From NCBI RefSeq assembly GCF_000400465.1, contig NW_008806284.1, positions 20,001 to 268,000 of the forward strand: 248,000 nt of DNA. The letters are read 5' to 3'. The position numbers and the translations under genes were made by a program. Of the stretch, positions 139,683 through 149,878 are shown piece after piece; within the stretch, counting starts at the first letter, position 1; each line of letters opens with the position of its first letter. This DNA is from Wallemia ichthyophaga EXF-994 (lineage: Eukaryota > Fungi > Basidiomycota). Under the pieces are notes generated by a model. It ran no database searches. It was not told the origin of the DNA and saw only the letters and a program-made list of their open reading frames with translations.

Positions 139683-140873
139683 ATGAGCCTCTTACCTCAT
139701 AACGCTTTCTACAACGCATCGAGGTATCGTAACAGCAATTCCATAAAGCTAGCTGGCTTGACTGGCGGTGATCTTGATATCCGTGGTGATAGTGATGGCG
139801 ACACACACACACAAACAACCGCACCAACTCACCCTGCCATCTCCACTACCACCGCGACCCGTTCCCTTTCTTCTGTTTCTTCTACTCCCCCTCCAGACTT
139901 CTCTAGCTCCCCTCGAACCATCCCCATCCGCAGAAACAACCGTCTTCTGCGCAACTACCAGCTATCCCCCGCCAATCTACGTTTCTGTTGCTCTGGCCAT
140001 ATTGTTACCAGCAAAGACAACCCAATTCCCTTCATCTGTTCCATTTTCCTCGTTTTGGCCATCCCCGCTGTCTTCTTTGGTCGGATAGGCGTTGACTTAT
140101 GGTACACGCTCTCCCCCGCCGTACCTATCATAGCTGCGTATTTAACCCTTTTAGTCTGGTGCTCCATGTTCAAAACTGCCTTTGCAGATCCAGGTGTTCT
140201 ACCCGTCGACATTGACAAGAACGCTGTCGACACATTCCCCCGCGATGTTTCTCTGCGCCATACGCATTTCCTCTCACTCAAATACTGCGAAACGTGCCAC
140301 ATATATCGCCCTCCACGCGCGAGTCACTGTCGTCTCTGCAACAGCTGCGTCGACGGTATAGACCACCACTGCTCCTTCCTCAACATATGCATAGGACGAC
140401 GCAACTACCCGTCTTTCCTAACTTTCTGCGGTCTGACAGTGGTGACACTCGCTTACTACACCGCCTTCGCTGCGGTGCACCTCTACCAACTTACGCAGGA
140501 CACGCGCGTGTCGACCTCGCAGTCCTTCGGTGGGGCATTGCGTCAGGATCCCGCTAGTGCCGTCGTGTTCGTAGTTGCAATACTCTTTCTCATTCCCCTC
140601 GCTTTCCTTCTCGCTTACCACGCACGTCTCACTCTCATCAATAGCACCACTATCGAACAGCTTCGAGAGAAGGCTGTCGATAGGGCTAGGAAGGATGGTG
140701 AGCTAGGAGGTGGAGGTGAGAACCCATTTGTTGGTGACGATTCTAACCCTTTTTCCCTTGGCCCTGTCGCTAATGTCCAGTGGATGGCTTTTCGCCCTGG
140801 CTCCAATTATTCCCATGCACGCTTCTCGGCGGTTGCTCAACGCGATGCTAGAAGGGGTGGTGGAGGTGTTTAA
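139683..140873 (+). CDS. ERF2: DHHC palmitoyltransferase Erf2-like
   Basis: KYCETCHIYRPPRASHCRLCNSCVDGIDHHCSF. Confidence 0.9.
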   Translation: MSLLPHNAFYNASRYRNSNSIKLAGLTGGDLDIRGDSDGDTHTQTTAPTHPAISTTTATRSLSSVSSTPPPDFSSSPRTIPIRRNNRLLRNYQLSPANLRFCCSGHIVTSKDNPIPFICSIFLVLAIPAVFFGRIGVDLWYTLSPAVPIIAAYLTLLVWCSMFKTAFADPGVLPVDIDKNAVDTFPRDVSLRHTHFLSLKYCETCHIYRPPRASHCRLCNSCVDGIDHHCSFLNICIGRRNYPSFLTFCGLTVVTLAYYTAFAAVHLYQLTQDTRVSTSQSFGGALRQDPASAVVFVVAILFLIPLAFLLAYHARLTLINSTTIEQLREKAVDRARKDGELGGGGENPFVGDDSNPFSLGPVANVQWMAFRPGSNYSHARFSAVAQRDARRGGGGV

Positions 140874-141123
140874 GTGTGGCTCTAGCTGCTCTGGTTACTT
140901 TCATTACCCTGATTACACTCATTACCCTCATTACCCTCACCAACCCACTCATTACCATAGAATTGTACTATCTATATCTGCGATACCTACCATTCCTACA
141001 CTAATACAACATTTAATGCGCAATAACCCAAAATTAAAATTTGCTACATCGCGTCATAGGAGATTGACGCGTCGCGTCGCGCGTTGACCAACACAACGAA
141101 AGAAGCGAGAGAAAGGGGGAAGA

Positions 141124-142002
141124 ATGAGCGAGAAGGCAGTAAACGCGAACAGCAACAATAGCGCCATCAACTACGCAAATTATGCATCAGAATTCCTCAC
141201 GTGCCATCTAGGCTACACGCCGCTGGCGCTAGTGGACGACTATGTGAACCACTTCAATGAGCCGGTGGGGGGGATAATGGATGCGATAGAAGATTTCTTC
141301 GTTGCGCTGCTAGCTGAGCAGGGGCTGGACCTCGATGGGGATGGGCGCGTACAGGGCGAGGTGCGCGCGGGCATACACCGTCTTCAAACCCTCCTCGAGC
141401 ATCTAATCGATAAGAACGTAGACAAACTCGAGATATACCTCCTCCGCAACATCCTCACTCTCCCCTCTGAGCTCGCGTGCGTTCCCACCGCGTTTCTCCC
141501 TCACTACCGGGAGCTGGATCTGGAGGCGGCGGGCCAAGGCGCAGACGACCACGATTCCGACACAAACGCGCTGGAAATAAGCCTGGATGGCAAACGGGGC
141601 GAATTGGCTAGGCTGGAGAAGATTAACCGGCGTTTACGCGCAGTCGAGAGGGGGAAGAAGCGCACTGTGGATCGCTCGCTTGCTCAATCTACCCACCGTA
141701 AAGCCCTCCTCGCCCAACTAGCAAGCGTCGCCGACAGACACGTCACCCTCGCTGCTAATGTCCGCTCCATGCATAGCTCCCACCTCCTCCTCAAGGATGC
141801 TGAGCCATTTGGTGTCGTTTTGGGTGGTGCGCAGGATCCACAGGATTCACAGCACTCCTCCCATCCCTGGCAATCCGGTCGCATCGGCTACCTTAATTGG
141901 CAGACTAGCCGGCTCGTGAGCGACGAAGGCGTCGGGTTCGTCAAGGGCCAGCTCGAGCACGTCGCTGCAGTTGGCGATTTACAGCGGTTGCTCGGTGTTT
142001 GA
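141124..142002 (+). CDS. MIS12: Kinetochore protein Mis12/Mtw1
   Basis: LTCHLGYTPLALVDDYVN, GIHRLQTLLE..IDKNVDKLEIYLLRNIL. Confidence 0.88.
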   Translation: MSEKAVNANSNNSAINYANYASEFLTCHLGYTPLALVDDYVNHFNEPVGGIMDAIEDFFVALLAEQGLDLDGDGRVQGEVRAGIHRLQTLLEHLIDKNVDKLEIYLLRNILTLPSELACVPTAFLPHYRELDLEAAGQGADDHDSDTNALEISLDGKRGELARLEKINRRLRAVERGKKRTVDRSLAQSTHRKALLAQLASVADRHVTLAANVRSMHSSHLLLKDAEPFGVVLGGAQDPQDSQHSSHPWQSGRIGYLNWQTSRLVSDEGVGFVKGQLEHVAAVGDLQRLLGV

Positions 142003-142135
142003 GAGGGATGTACTATGTCGTATTCGCTAGACTGCTAGATTGTAACATGATTGCTTGAGATTGTTGTATGTATTTATAACTTTATTTGATTACATTTGAT
142101 TCTGTTCATCTGTAGCCCGAGTTTTATCTATCGTA

Positions 142136-143626
142136 ATGACGCCGACGCCGACGCCGACTCGAAAACGGAAAGCACCGCCCGGTCCACTCTACGTGGTGCG
142201 CTCACACGAGCACAGCGTCACGCAGGTATCGCTCGCGCCCACAGCGCACCACCTCGTCAGCGGGGATGACGGGGGAGGTGTGTGCATCACGTCTCTGCGC
142301 ACCATGCGCTGCGTGCGGCAATGGGCGGCTCACAGCGACAGTGTCCTCACTTTGCAGTGGCTAGATAACTACACGCTTCTCTCACACGGCCGAGATAATC
142401 TGGTTAAGGTTTGGAGCGTGTCTGGGGCGTGCGGTGACAGCGACGACAACAACGACAACAACGACAGCGACGACACATACACTCCACCTCCCCTAACGCA
142501 CGAGTTTCACGTCAATGCACTCAATTTTTGTAATGTCAGTGCGTGCACGGTGCAGACACAGACACATGCACAGACACAGGCACAAACGCTCTGGGTAGCA
142601 GCTCCACATCTGGCAGATTCAGCGAGGGTGAGTGCCAAGTGCCAAGTGCTAAATGGGCACAGCGAGCACTCTGACGGAGACGCGCACACGCAAGCACATA
142701 CTCACACACGCTCACACACGCACAGATTGATGTCTGGGAGTTACCATCGACGAAACGCGTACACCGCTCCATTGGTGTGGGTGAAATTAGCCACTTTCAC
142801 TATCCAGACGGTCGCGGCGAAGCTAAGACAGGTGGGTGAAGTGTTGGAGTGGTTGAGCGGCTTTGCGAGGCGCATCTCACCCTTTCCTCGCATTTTATAT
142901 CTCACCCTCTCTCCACAGGTCTCTGCATGGCGCTGGAGATGTATGAATATAGTCAGTGTCGGCAGCACGAGCAAGAGCAGGAGCACACACCCTCTCTCAG
143001 ACTGCTGGCGGCTTACGAAGACGGCAGCTTGGTGCTTTTTGAACTGGGTCACTCTCGCTGGATCCAGCTCTGGCGCGTGCGTTTGCACAACGAGGCTAGT
143101 AAGTGGGGCTGTTATCAGCCGAGCTGAGCTGAGCGTCTTGGCGCCGTTGCTGACTTCTCGCTCAGTCATGGACTTGTGCGTCACAAGCGATAAGCGTTAC
143201 GCGTATACTGTCAGTGTCGATAGGTGTGTTGCCAAGTATGATTTGAGGGATGGGCGAGATGTGCAAGACGTGCAAAGGGTGCCAAAGGTGCAGCATAAAC
143301 AAAGCACTTCAGAGATACCCCTCGCAACCCCTCTCACACACTCCTACACCACCAAATCGAATGGCCATTCGAGCATTAGCGTGCGCATGGATGGGAGGGT
143401 GCTCGCTGTTGGCTGCTGGAACGGTAGTGTCGAGCTGTATTCAACCAAAAGCATGAAACTCGTTGGTGTACTGGATATGCATCGCCAGTCTGTGTCAGCG
143501 TTGACCTTTTCGACTGTCAACTCACGTGATATACTTGATGACGGCATTATTGAGGCTCCTCTAAACGCACTTCTAGTCACTGGTGGTCGTGATGAGCGGG
143601 TAGCTATCTACGAGATTGACTTGTGA
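142136..143626 (+). CDS. ASA1: ASTRA-associated WD40 protein Asa1
   Basis: QWAAHSDSV, HGRDNLVKVW, FHVNALNFC, RMDGRVLA. Confidence 0.8.
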   Translation: MTPTPTPTRKRKAPPGPLYVVRSHEHSVTQVSLAPTAHHLVSGDDGGGVCITSLRTMRCVRQWAAHSDSVLTLQWLDNYTLLSHGRDNLVKVWSVSGACGDSDDNNDNNDSDDTYTPPPLTHEFHVNALNFCNVSACTVQTQTHAQTQAQTLWVAAPHLADSARVSAKCQVLNGHSEHSDGDAHTQAHTHTRSHTHRLMSGSYHRRNAYTAPLVWVKLATFTIQTVAAKLRQVGEVLEWLSGFARRISPFPRILYLTLSPQVSAWRWRCMNIVSVGSTSKSRSTHPLSDCWRLTKTAAWCFLNWVTLAGSSSGACVCTTRLVSGAVISRAELSVLAPLLTSRSVMDLCVTSDKRYAYTVSVDRCVAKYDLRDGRDVQDVQRVPKVQHKQSTSEIPLATPLTHSYTTKSNGHSSISVRMDGRVLAVGCWNGSVELYSTKSMKLVGVLDMHRQSVSALTFSTVNSRDILDDGIIEAPLNALLVTGGRDERVAIYEIDL

Positions 143627-143833
143627 ACGCTGAAAGATGTAAAATATGTATGTGAATATGTACAGGTATCCATGTGTCCATGAGTGAATGTGTCCATGAG
143701 TGAATGTGTGTGTGTGTGTGTGCGTGTGTTGTGGTTGTTGACCGTCGTCTATTGGGAGTCCTGGAAAAGTGAGACAAAGATATAAAAACCACGTCAAATT
143801 AATGTATCTCGTCATGCGAGTTCTGGCTGCTTC

Positions 143834-144328
143834 TTAGCAGATTGGATTGAGAGTGGTTGTTGTTGTTGCCGAATAGCGGTGCCACAAATTCATCGAGGAG
143901 GAGAGTGGAGTTGGGTCTAGTAGGTGAGTAGAGTGTTTCTGGTCTCGGGAGGTAGTTGTTGTCCGTTTTGATACGCGGGAGTGGCCTCGGTAGTCGTTGC
144001 TCGAGGTCAATAGCGCTGTCTTTGCTGTGCTCACTCCCGTCGCTGCCCTTCTCCACCACCTCTTCCACATTCTCGCGCCTGGTATTTGGTTTCCTCTTGT
144101 TGAAGCCGCGATAGAAGTTGTCTGGATCTGATGCATGTTAGCATAGCGGCCAACATAATTCGCCTGATACTCACAATACGACTGACTGTCCTTATGGTGC
144201 TTCGGCGTGCGCTTGACATATTGCTGCACGCCCCACATTACCAACATCAGAAAGAGGAGGATACCTACGATAATAGCAACAATTATCGCGGGGAAGTACT
144301 TGTTGTCTGGATTTGTCACGTCGCCCAT
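143834..144328 (-). CDS. Small single-pass membrane protein
   Basis: AIIVAIIVGILLFLMLVMW TM. Confidence 0.5.
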   Translation of the reverse strand: MGDVTNPDNKYFPAIIVAIIVGILLFLMLVMWGVQQYVKRTPKHHKDSQSYCEYQANYVGRYANMHQIQTTSIAASTRGNQIPGARMWKRWWRRAATGVSTAKTALLTSSNDYRGHSRVSKRTTTTSRDQKHSTHLLDPTPLSSSMNLWHRYSATTTTTLNPIC

Positions 144329-144669
144329 TTAATTTATCAATGCAACTTGGACGCACGCTCTTGAGGACGTGAATATCGGACGCGGTAATTGGTAATTTTT
144401 TTGACAAAAAGCGTATTTCAGCGGCTGTAGAGTGGTTTAGGGTGTTATTGACAGTTTATTTGTACTATACGCGTGCTTTCCATTCGGGGCTTTTTGGAAA
144501 TTTGTTTGGCTAAAAATGGAAGGCGGTGATCTACACGCGGATATAAACGCTAATCTATGCGCTGACCACTTCCACTCAATACTTTTCCATCTTTGAGGAC
144601 ATGAGGACGCCGCCTTAACTTTGTAACTGAATTGGATCGGTGTCAGTGCGTAATTGTGTGAGTGCATGA

Positions 144670-145507
144670 ATATGGACTATTATACCACGTGCAACACTCT
144701 TCTCAAGGTATTCTGGGTTCTCGGGCCATTTGCTTTATTCTACGATGCCCCATTTGGAAGATTTGGGGATGGTGCTAGCAGGTTTAGCCTGAATGGTGGG
144801 TATGGGTGTGGTTTACTCTCCTCTAACCAGCCACAGGCAGAATTACATGGTTTATAATGGAGTTGCTGTCGCCGCTGTCTTTCGTAGCAGCTGTGGGCAC
144901 TAGTGTTAGTACTCCACTCAACACCCTTCAAACCACAGCCACAGCCCTCTTCCTCGCACATTACCTCAATAGAGCTGTAATCTACCCACTTCTGAGCCCC
145001 TCTTCATCCCCATCCCACTTGCTGGTACTTGTATCTGCAGCCACATTCAACATAGCCAATGGCAGCCTGCAGGGGAAATATATAGCCGAACTAGATGTTT
145101 TTGATGGATTCGGCCGCATTGGTGTATTTGGAATACTCCTTACGCTGCTTGGATTCGCTGGAAACGTCTACCACGATTCAATACTCTTCAAGATAAAGAG
145201 GGAGTGTAACGGCGGCTATGAAATTCCCCAGCGTGGCCTATTCAAACATATCAGCTATCCAAATTACTTTTGGTGGGTGCTGTGTGTTTACCAGGTTACG
145301 TCACTAACCAACACAACCAGCGAATGGATCGAATGGTCGGGATACGCACTATTCACCCACTCTACAAGCACAAAAGATCCTCCAATCATGTTCATAATCG
145401 CTCTCCTCGCTACAATGGCCCCACGCGCATACAAAGGTCATCAGTGGTACAAATCCAACTTCAAGTACCCAGAATCGCGCAAGATTGTAATCCCGTGGCT
145501 CTTTTAA
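144670..145507 (+). CDS. Steroid 5-alpha-reductase family protein
   Basis: HYLNRAVIYP, GNVYHDSIL, YEIPQRGLFKHISYPNYF.EW. Confidence 0.88.
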
Positions 145508-145541
145508 GTGGCCACGTACAAATAAATTGATTTATCACCAA

Positions 145542-147182
145542 ATGTCCTCTTGCACCTTTACGCCAATCATCCATCTCAACAAATCCTAAGAAATGGCTGT
145601 GCCAGTTGAAAAAGAGGAGGCTGCTGCTAATACGCAGGCTCCCACTCAAACTACCCCGCCAAATCTCCTCAGCGCGCCTCCTTCCCGCTTCGAGAAGCCA
145701 GCCGGCGTAAATACGACAAAGTGGGCAAACGCAGCTCAGGCGCACACCCACAGCTAACAACTCCGCAGCTTTCCAGGACATGCCAATCCGCCACTTCCTA
145801 TCGAGGGCAACGGCTACTTCAGCAATGCGCAATTCATCGCTCTTATCATCGCTGTGCCATACTTGCTCAAGCGCTTGATTCCCTACTTTAACACTGGCTT
145901 CAAGACCTACGTATTCCTCTTCATCCTCACTGGTCCCTTCTCCGCTATCGCGTATTGGACTGTCATGTCCACCTACGGTCCACGCAAGAACGACAAGGTG
146001 GCCCTTCCTAACCGTCCAATTGAAGAATACCTCGATATCAAGGACCCTGAAATGAAGCAGCACTTCCACGGCCACAACAAGATCAATTACCAGCAATTTC
146101 ACGACGCTTACTTTGAAGGCAAAATCGATGTAAAGGGCGACATGCTCGACACCCTCGAATACCGCCACGACTGGGCAACCTTCAACTTCACCCCTAAACT
146201 CTTCAAGTATGTTGTTTTCAAGATGCTCCCTGACGTCATCTTCCACTCCCAATCACAAGACGAAGATCAGATCCAGGATGTGTACGACCGCGGTGATGAC
146301 TTCTACGAATGGTTCCTCGGCCCCCGTATGGTATACACTAGTGGCATGGTTCGCGACACCACCCGCGCTGAGACACTCGAAGAGCTCCAGGACAACAAGC
146401 TCAGTATGGTATGCGAGAAGCTAGACTTGCAGAAGGGTGATAGGATGCTTGATGTGGGATGTGGATGGGGCACTCTCGCAGCGTTCGCTGCTAAAAACTT
146501 TGATGCGGACGTCACTGGAATCACACTCTCCAAGAACCAGGCGGCCTTTGGTAACGAACGTATAGCAAAGAATGGCATTTCCTCTGAGCAGGCTAGGGTG
146601 CTCAATAAGGACTACCGTGATATCCCACGCAACACTTTCAATAAAATCAGCTGCCTCGAGATGGCTGAGCATGTCGGTATTCGTCGCTACGCCTCTTTCT
146701 TGAATGACATTTACAACCTCCTCGACGACGACGGCGTGATGGTTTTCCAGGTTGCTGGATTGCGTCCTCATTGGCAGTACGAGGATCTCGTCTGGGGGTT
146801 GTTTATGAACGAGTACATCTTCCCTGGTGCTGACGCATCTTGCTCGCTCGGCTGGGTCGTCAATCAGCTTGAAAACGCTGGTTTCGAGGTAAAATCGATC
146901 GATGTTCTCGGTGTGCACTACTCGGTCACTATATTGAGATGGTACAATAACTGGATCGCCAATAAGGACAAGGTGATAGAGAAGTACGGTGAGAAGTGGT
147001 TTAGAATCTGGACATTCTTCCTCGCTTCCTCAATTATCATTGCCAGGAACGGCGGGTCGTCGGTGTTCCAGATTACCGTACATAAGAACCTCAACGCTAC
147101 GCGTCGTGTCGATGGCATTGCTAGCCACCACGCTCCTATGAACCGGTTCAAACCATCTTATGCGTCTGTGGCTTCGGAGTAG
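145542..147182 (+). CDS. Sphingolipid C9-methyltransferase
   Basis: YDRGDDFYEWFLGPRMVYTSG, LDVGCGWG, LEMAEHVG. Confidence 0.9.
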
Positions 147183-147277
147183 ATAGTTTACGTGCTGCTA
147201 TCATGTATACGAATCTATATTACAAGATTATTCTATAGGTGTGCTATAGAAATCATGTCAAGGTGTTATTAGGTATT

Positions 147278-148621
147278 TCATTTATGCACCAATCCATCAC
147301 ACCATTTGAATATATCCTCCCATATCTCACTCCTCTGACTTTCATTCCAGTAGCCCAAGATGAGAAGATCGTGTACACCATCTGTGGCGACATTAGTAGT
147401 GAGATCTACTTTATTGCGTTCCATGCGCTCCACTAGGACCTTTATCTCATCTTCCAGCCGCTCGGCAGTACCGTAAGAGACAAAAGCGGGCGGGAACTTG
147501 TCGAAGAGGTCCTCCTCATCCTTGAGGTGCTGTGACGATGGACTGATGTACGGTGAGTGTACGGATATGTGCTGCGGCAGAATACTGTGCCTGAGGCTCT
147601 TCCTTCGCTTGTCGTCTCCTCGCTGCTTGAACAGAGATTTGTTGATGAATGTATGAGATTGTTGTTGTGTGCAAGTGGGGCAGCCTTGCCCGTTTCCGGC
147701 CGTACATCCGATGAAGGACTCAATTATGATAGCGCGCGGCATTGGCGTGTCCATGAGATAGTCAGCCCCTGCATTCGGACGCTTCCTCTTAGCAACTGGA
147801 TCGAATGGGTAGCTGAAAGAAGGATCACACCATGGCGATAGCAGTAGTAGGCCGGCTGGTGTATCATGCAATCTCTCATCGCGTATAAATCTCCCCAATG
147901 CCAACGCAAGATTTCCACCGGCGGAATCACCAATAATCACTATCCGCGAAGGAGGCACTTTGCGTTGGTTGATGAGATTGTCAAAAACACTGGCAACATC
148001 GAGCAGCGCACCGGGAAATGCACTGTGATGGATAAGTCGATATTCCACAGAGTGTATCTCGAGAAAAGACCCTGCCTCCATTAGCCGCTTCGGGATGATG
148101 GACGTTGAACAGTTCTCGTCGGCGGACATGTGCACATAAGCACCCCCGTGTATAGCAATACCCACTAGAGGGAGAGTGGCAGATTCCATCTCAGCGCCAT
148201 TGCGATCCCGATCGCGCTCATCCTCACGGTCGTCATATGTCTTATCGTGGCGATGACGCGGCCAAATGTATGTACCCACTTTGGAATGGGTATCCTGGCC
148301 ATCTACATCGAGCACTCCTATCTGCTTCTCGATGGGCAATGTTGGTACGAATTTGAAGTAGGTGTGTTTGCCATGCCTGCCAAATGAGAAAGGGTCCTTC
148401 ACATGGAAAGAGAGGTTTGAAAGCTCAGTCATTCTGTGCATCCTCTGTAGAAACTTGACAGATATGGCTTGCATAATACTCCATGTAGGGCGTGGTCGGT
148501 TACGCTTGGACAGGAAGGTGACAGCATGGATAGGCACCATCAGCAGCGCGACAGAGACCATGTAAGCGCAGTAGAATACGCGCATTACGCTCCCCGAGTA
148601 CTTCAAATGGGGGTGGCGCAT
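147278..148621 (-). CDS. Alpha/beta hydrolase (HSL family), ErdH-like candidate
   Basis: IHGGAY, VEYRL, GDSAGGNLA, LLSPW, C-terminal HD. Confidence 0.9.
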   Translation of the reverse strand: MRHPHLKYSGSVMRVFYCAYMVSVALLMVPIHAVTFLSKRNRPRPTWSIMQAISVKFLQRMHRMTELSNLSFHVKDPFSFGRHGKHTYFKFVPTLPIEKQIGVLDVDGQDTHSKVGTYIWPRHRHDKTYDDREDERDRDRNGAEMESATLPLVGIAIHGGAYVHMSADENCSTSIIPKRLMEAGSFLEIHSVEYRLIHHSAFPGALLDVASVFDNLINQRKVPPSRIVIIGDSAGGNLALALGRFIRDERLHDTPAGLLLLSPWCDPSFSYPFDPVAKRKRPNAGADYLMDTPMPRAIIIESFIGCTAGNGQGCPTCTQQQSHTFINKSLFKQRGDDKRRKSLRHSILPQHISVHSPYISPSSQHLKDEEDLFDKFPPAFVSYGTAERLEDEIKVLVERMERNKVDLTTNVATDGVHDLLILGYWNESQRSEIWEDIFKWCDGLVHK

Positions 148622-148700
148622 TGTTATGACAAACGATGATGATGATTGGGGTGAAAAATGGCGCTCCAAGATTCTGAGTCATTCTTACAAACTCGCACCC

Positions 148701-149678
148701 ATGAGCTCAAACTCAACAAACAATATCAGTAAAGACAAGGTTGCTGAGCTCATATCAGCAAATGAGAAGTACTCCCCAGCTACGTCCTGGCTCGAAGACC
148801 GTTACAGCATCTTCAACAAAGGCGACAACATACAAGGATACATTCAGCAGGAAGGCTTCCAGTTCTACTGGGGGGATCCTATCATTACACAGGGCACTAC
148901 TGGCGATTTCGTAAAGCAGATAATCAACTTGGCTAAGGAGAACAACTGTACGCCTGTATTCTGCGAGGTGTCGGAGGACCTCGAGGAGTTGTTGGCTGGT
149001 GATGATTTTGGATACTCGTGCTTGTCGTGCACACACGAAGACGTCATTGACCCAACTCAAGTAAATCTTGACGTAAAGGATGTTCAGCAGAATGTCCGTC
149101 GGTCGCAACGAGCCGGCGTGACCGTATACGAGCTGAGTGGTGAGCCAACAGAAGAGCAGCACAGGGCCATAGATCAGGGCGTCGACAAGTGGAAAGAGGG
149201 CAGGAAGGGTGAGCAGATCGCCACTGCTTCGATGGATCCTTTCCTCGATTCCACCCATAGACGCTTCCTCGTTGCCCAAGTGGAAGGTAAAATAGTCGGT
149301 ATTCTTATCCTCACCCTCCTTAAAAACCACGGATACCAGATCAAAAATTGCACTTCCTTCCCAGACGCCCCGAAAGGCACATCAGAGAGACTGATTGTGG
149401 AATGCTTGGAGCTGCTTAAGAAGGAAGACAACCACTTTGTCAGTTTTGGGATTAGTGCTAGCGATCACATGTCGCCAGTGAACAACCTCAAGGGCATGCG
149501 CGTAACGTGGCTCAGCGGCACTTACAAGTCAATTCTCAAATCTACAGGAATATTTAAAAGAGCTGACTTTCGTAGCAAGTTCAACGTCAAGCATGATCCA
149601 TTGTATATTTGCTACCCTCAGCATGAATTCGGACTGGATGGTGTACATTCTATCATGAAAGCACTTAAAACCAAGTAA
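148701..149678 (+). CDS. Free-standing DUF2156 aminoacyl-tRNA transferase, ErdS-ATT-like
   Basis: TSWLEDRY, WGDP, NVRRSQRAGV, HRRFL, GYQIK..FPDAPKGTSE, FG, DFRSKF..DPLYICYP. Confidence 0.8.
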   Translation: MSSNSTNNISKDKVAELISANEKYSPATSWLEDRYSIFNKGDNIQGYIQQEGFQFYWGDPIITQGTTGDFVKQIINLAKENNCTPVFCEVSEDLEELLAGDDFGYSCLSCTHEDVIDPTQVNLDVKDVQQNVRRSQRAGVTVYELSGEPTEEQHRAIDQGVDKWKEGRKGEQIATASMDPFLDSTHRRFLVAQVEGKIVGILILTLLKNHGYQIKNCTSFPDAPKGTSERLIVECLELLKKEDNHFVSFGISASDHMSPVNNLKGMRVTWLSGTYKSILKSTGIFKRADFRSKFNVKHDPLYICYPQHEFGLDGVHSIMKALKTK

Positions 149679-149878
149679 TTTAACGACCTGTATATGTTTT
149701 ATAGATCTTTCTCATTTCTACCTTGTTCGATGAAAATTTTCTGTAACAATAACTGCGAGACAACCCACAGCAAAATTCTTTATTACTTTTAAACTTCTCT
149801 TTAGCTTCACGCGGATACAACCAATTGCCACCGACATTTGTCGAAGAATCCCGCTGAAATATCCTTAACAAGTCGCTT

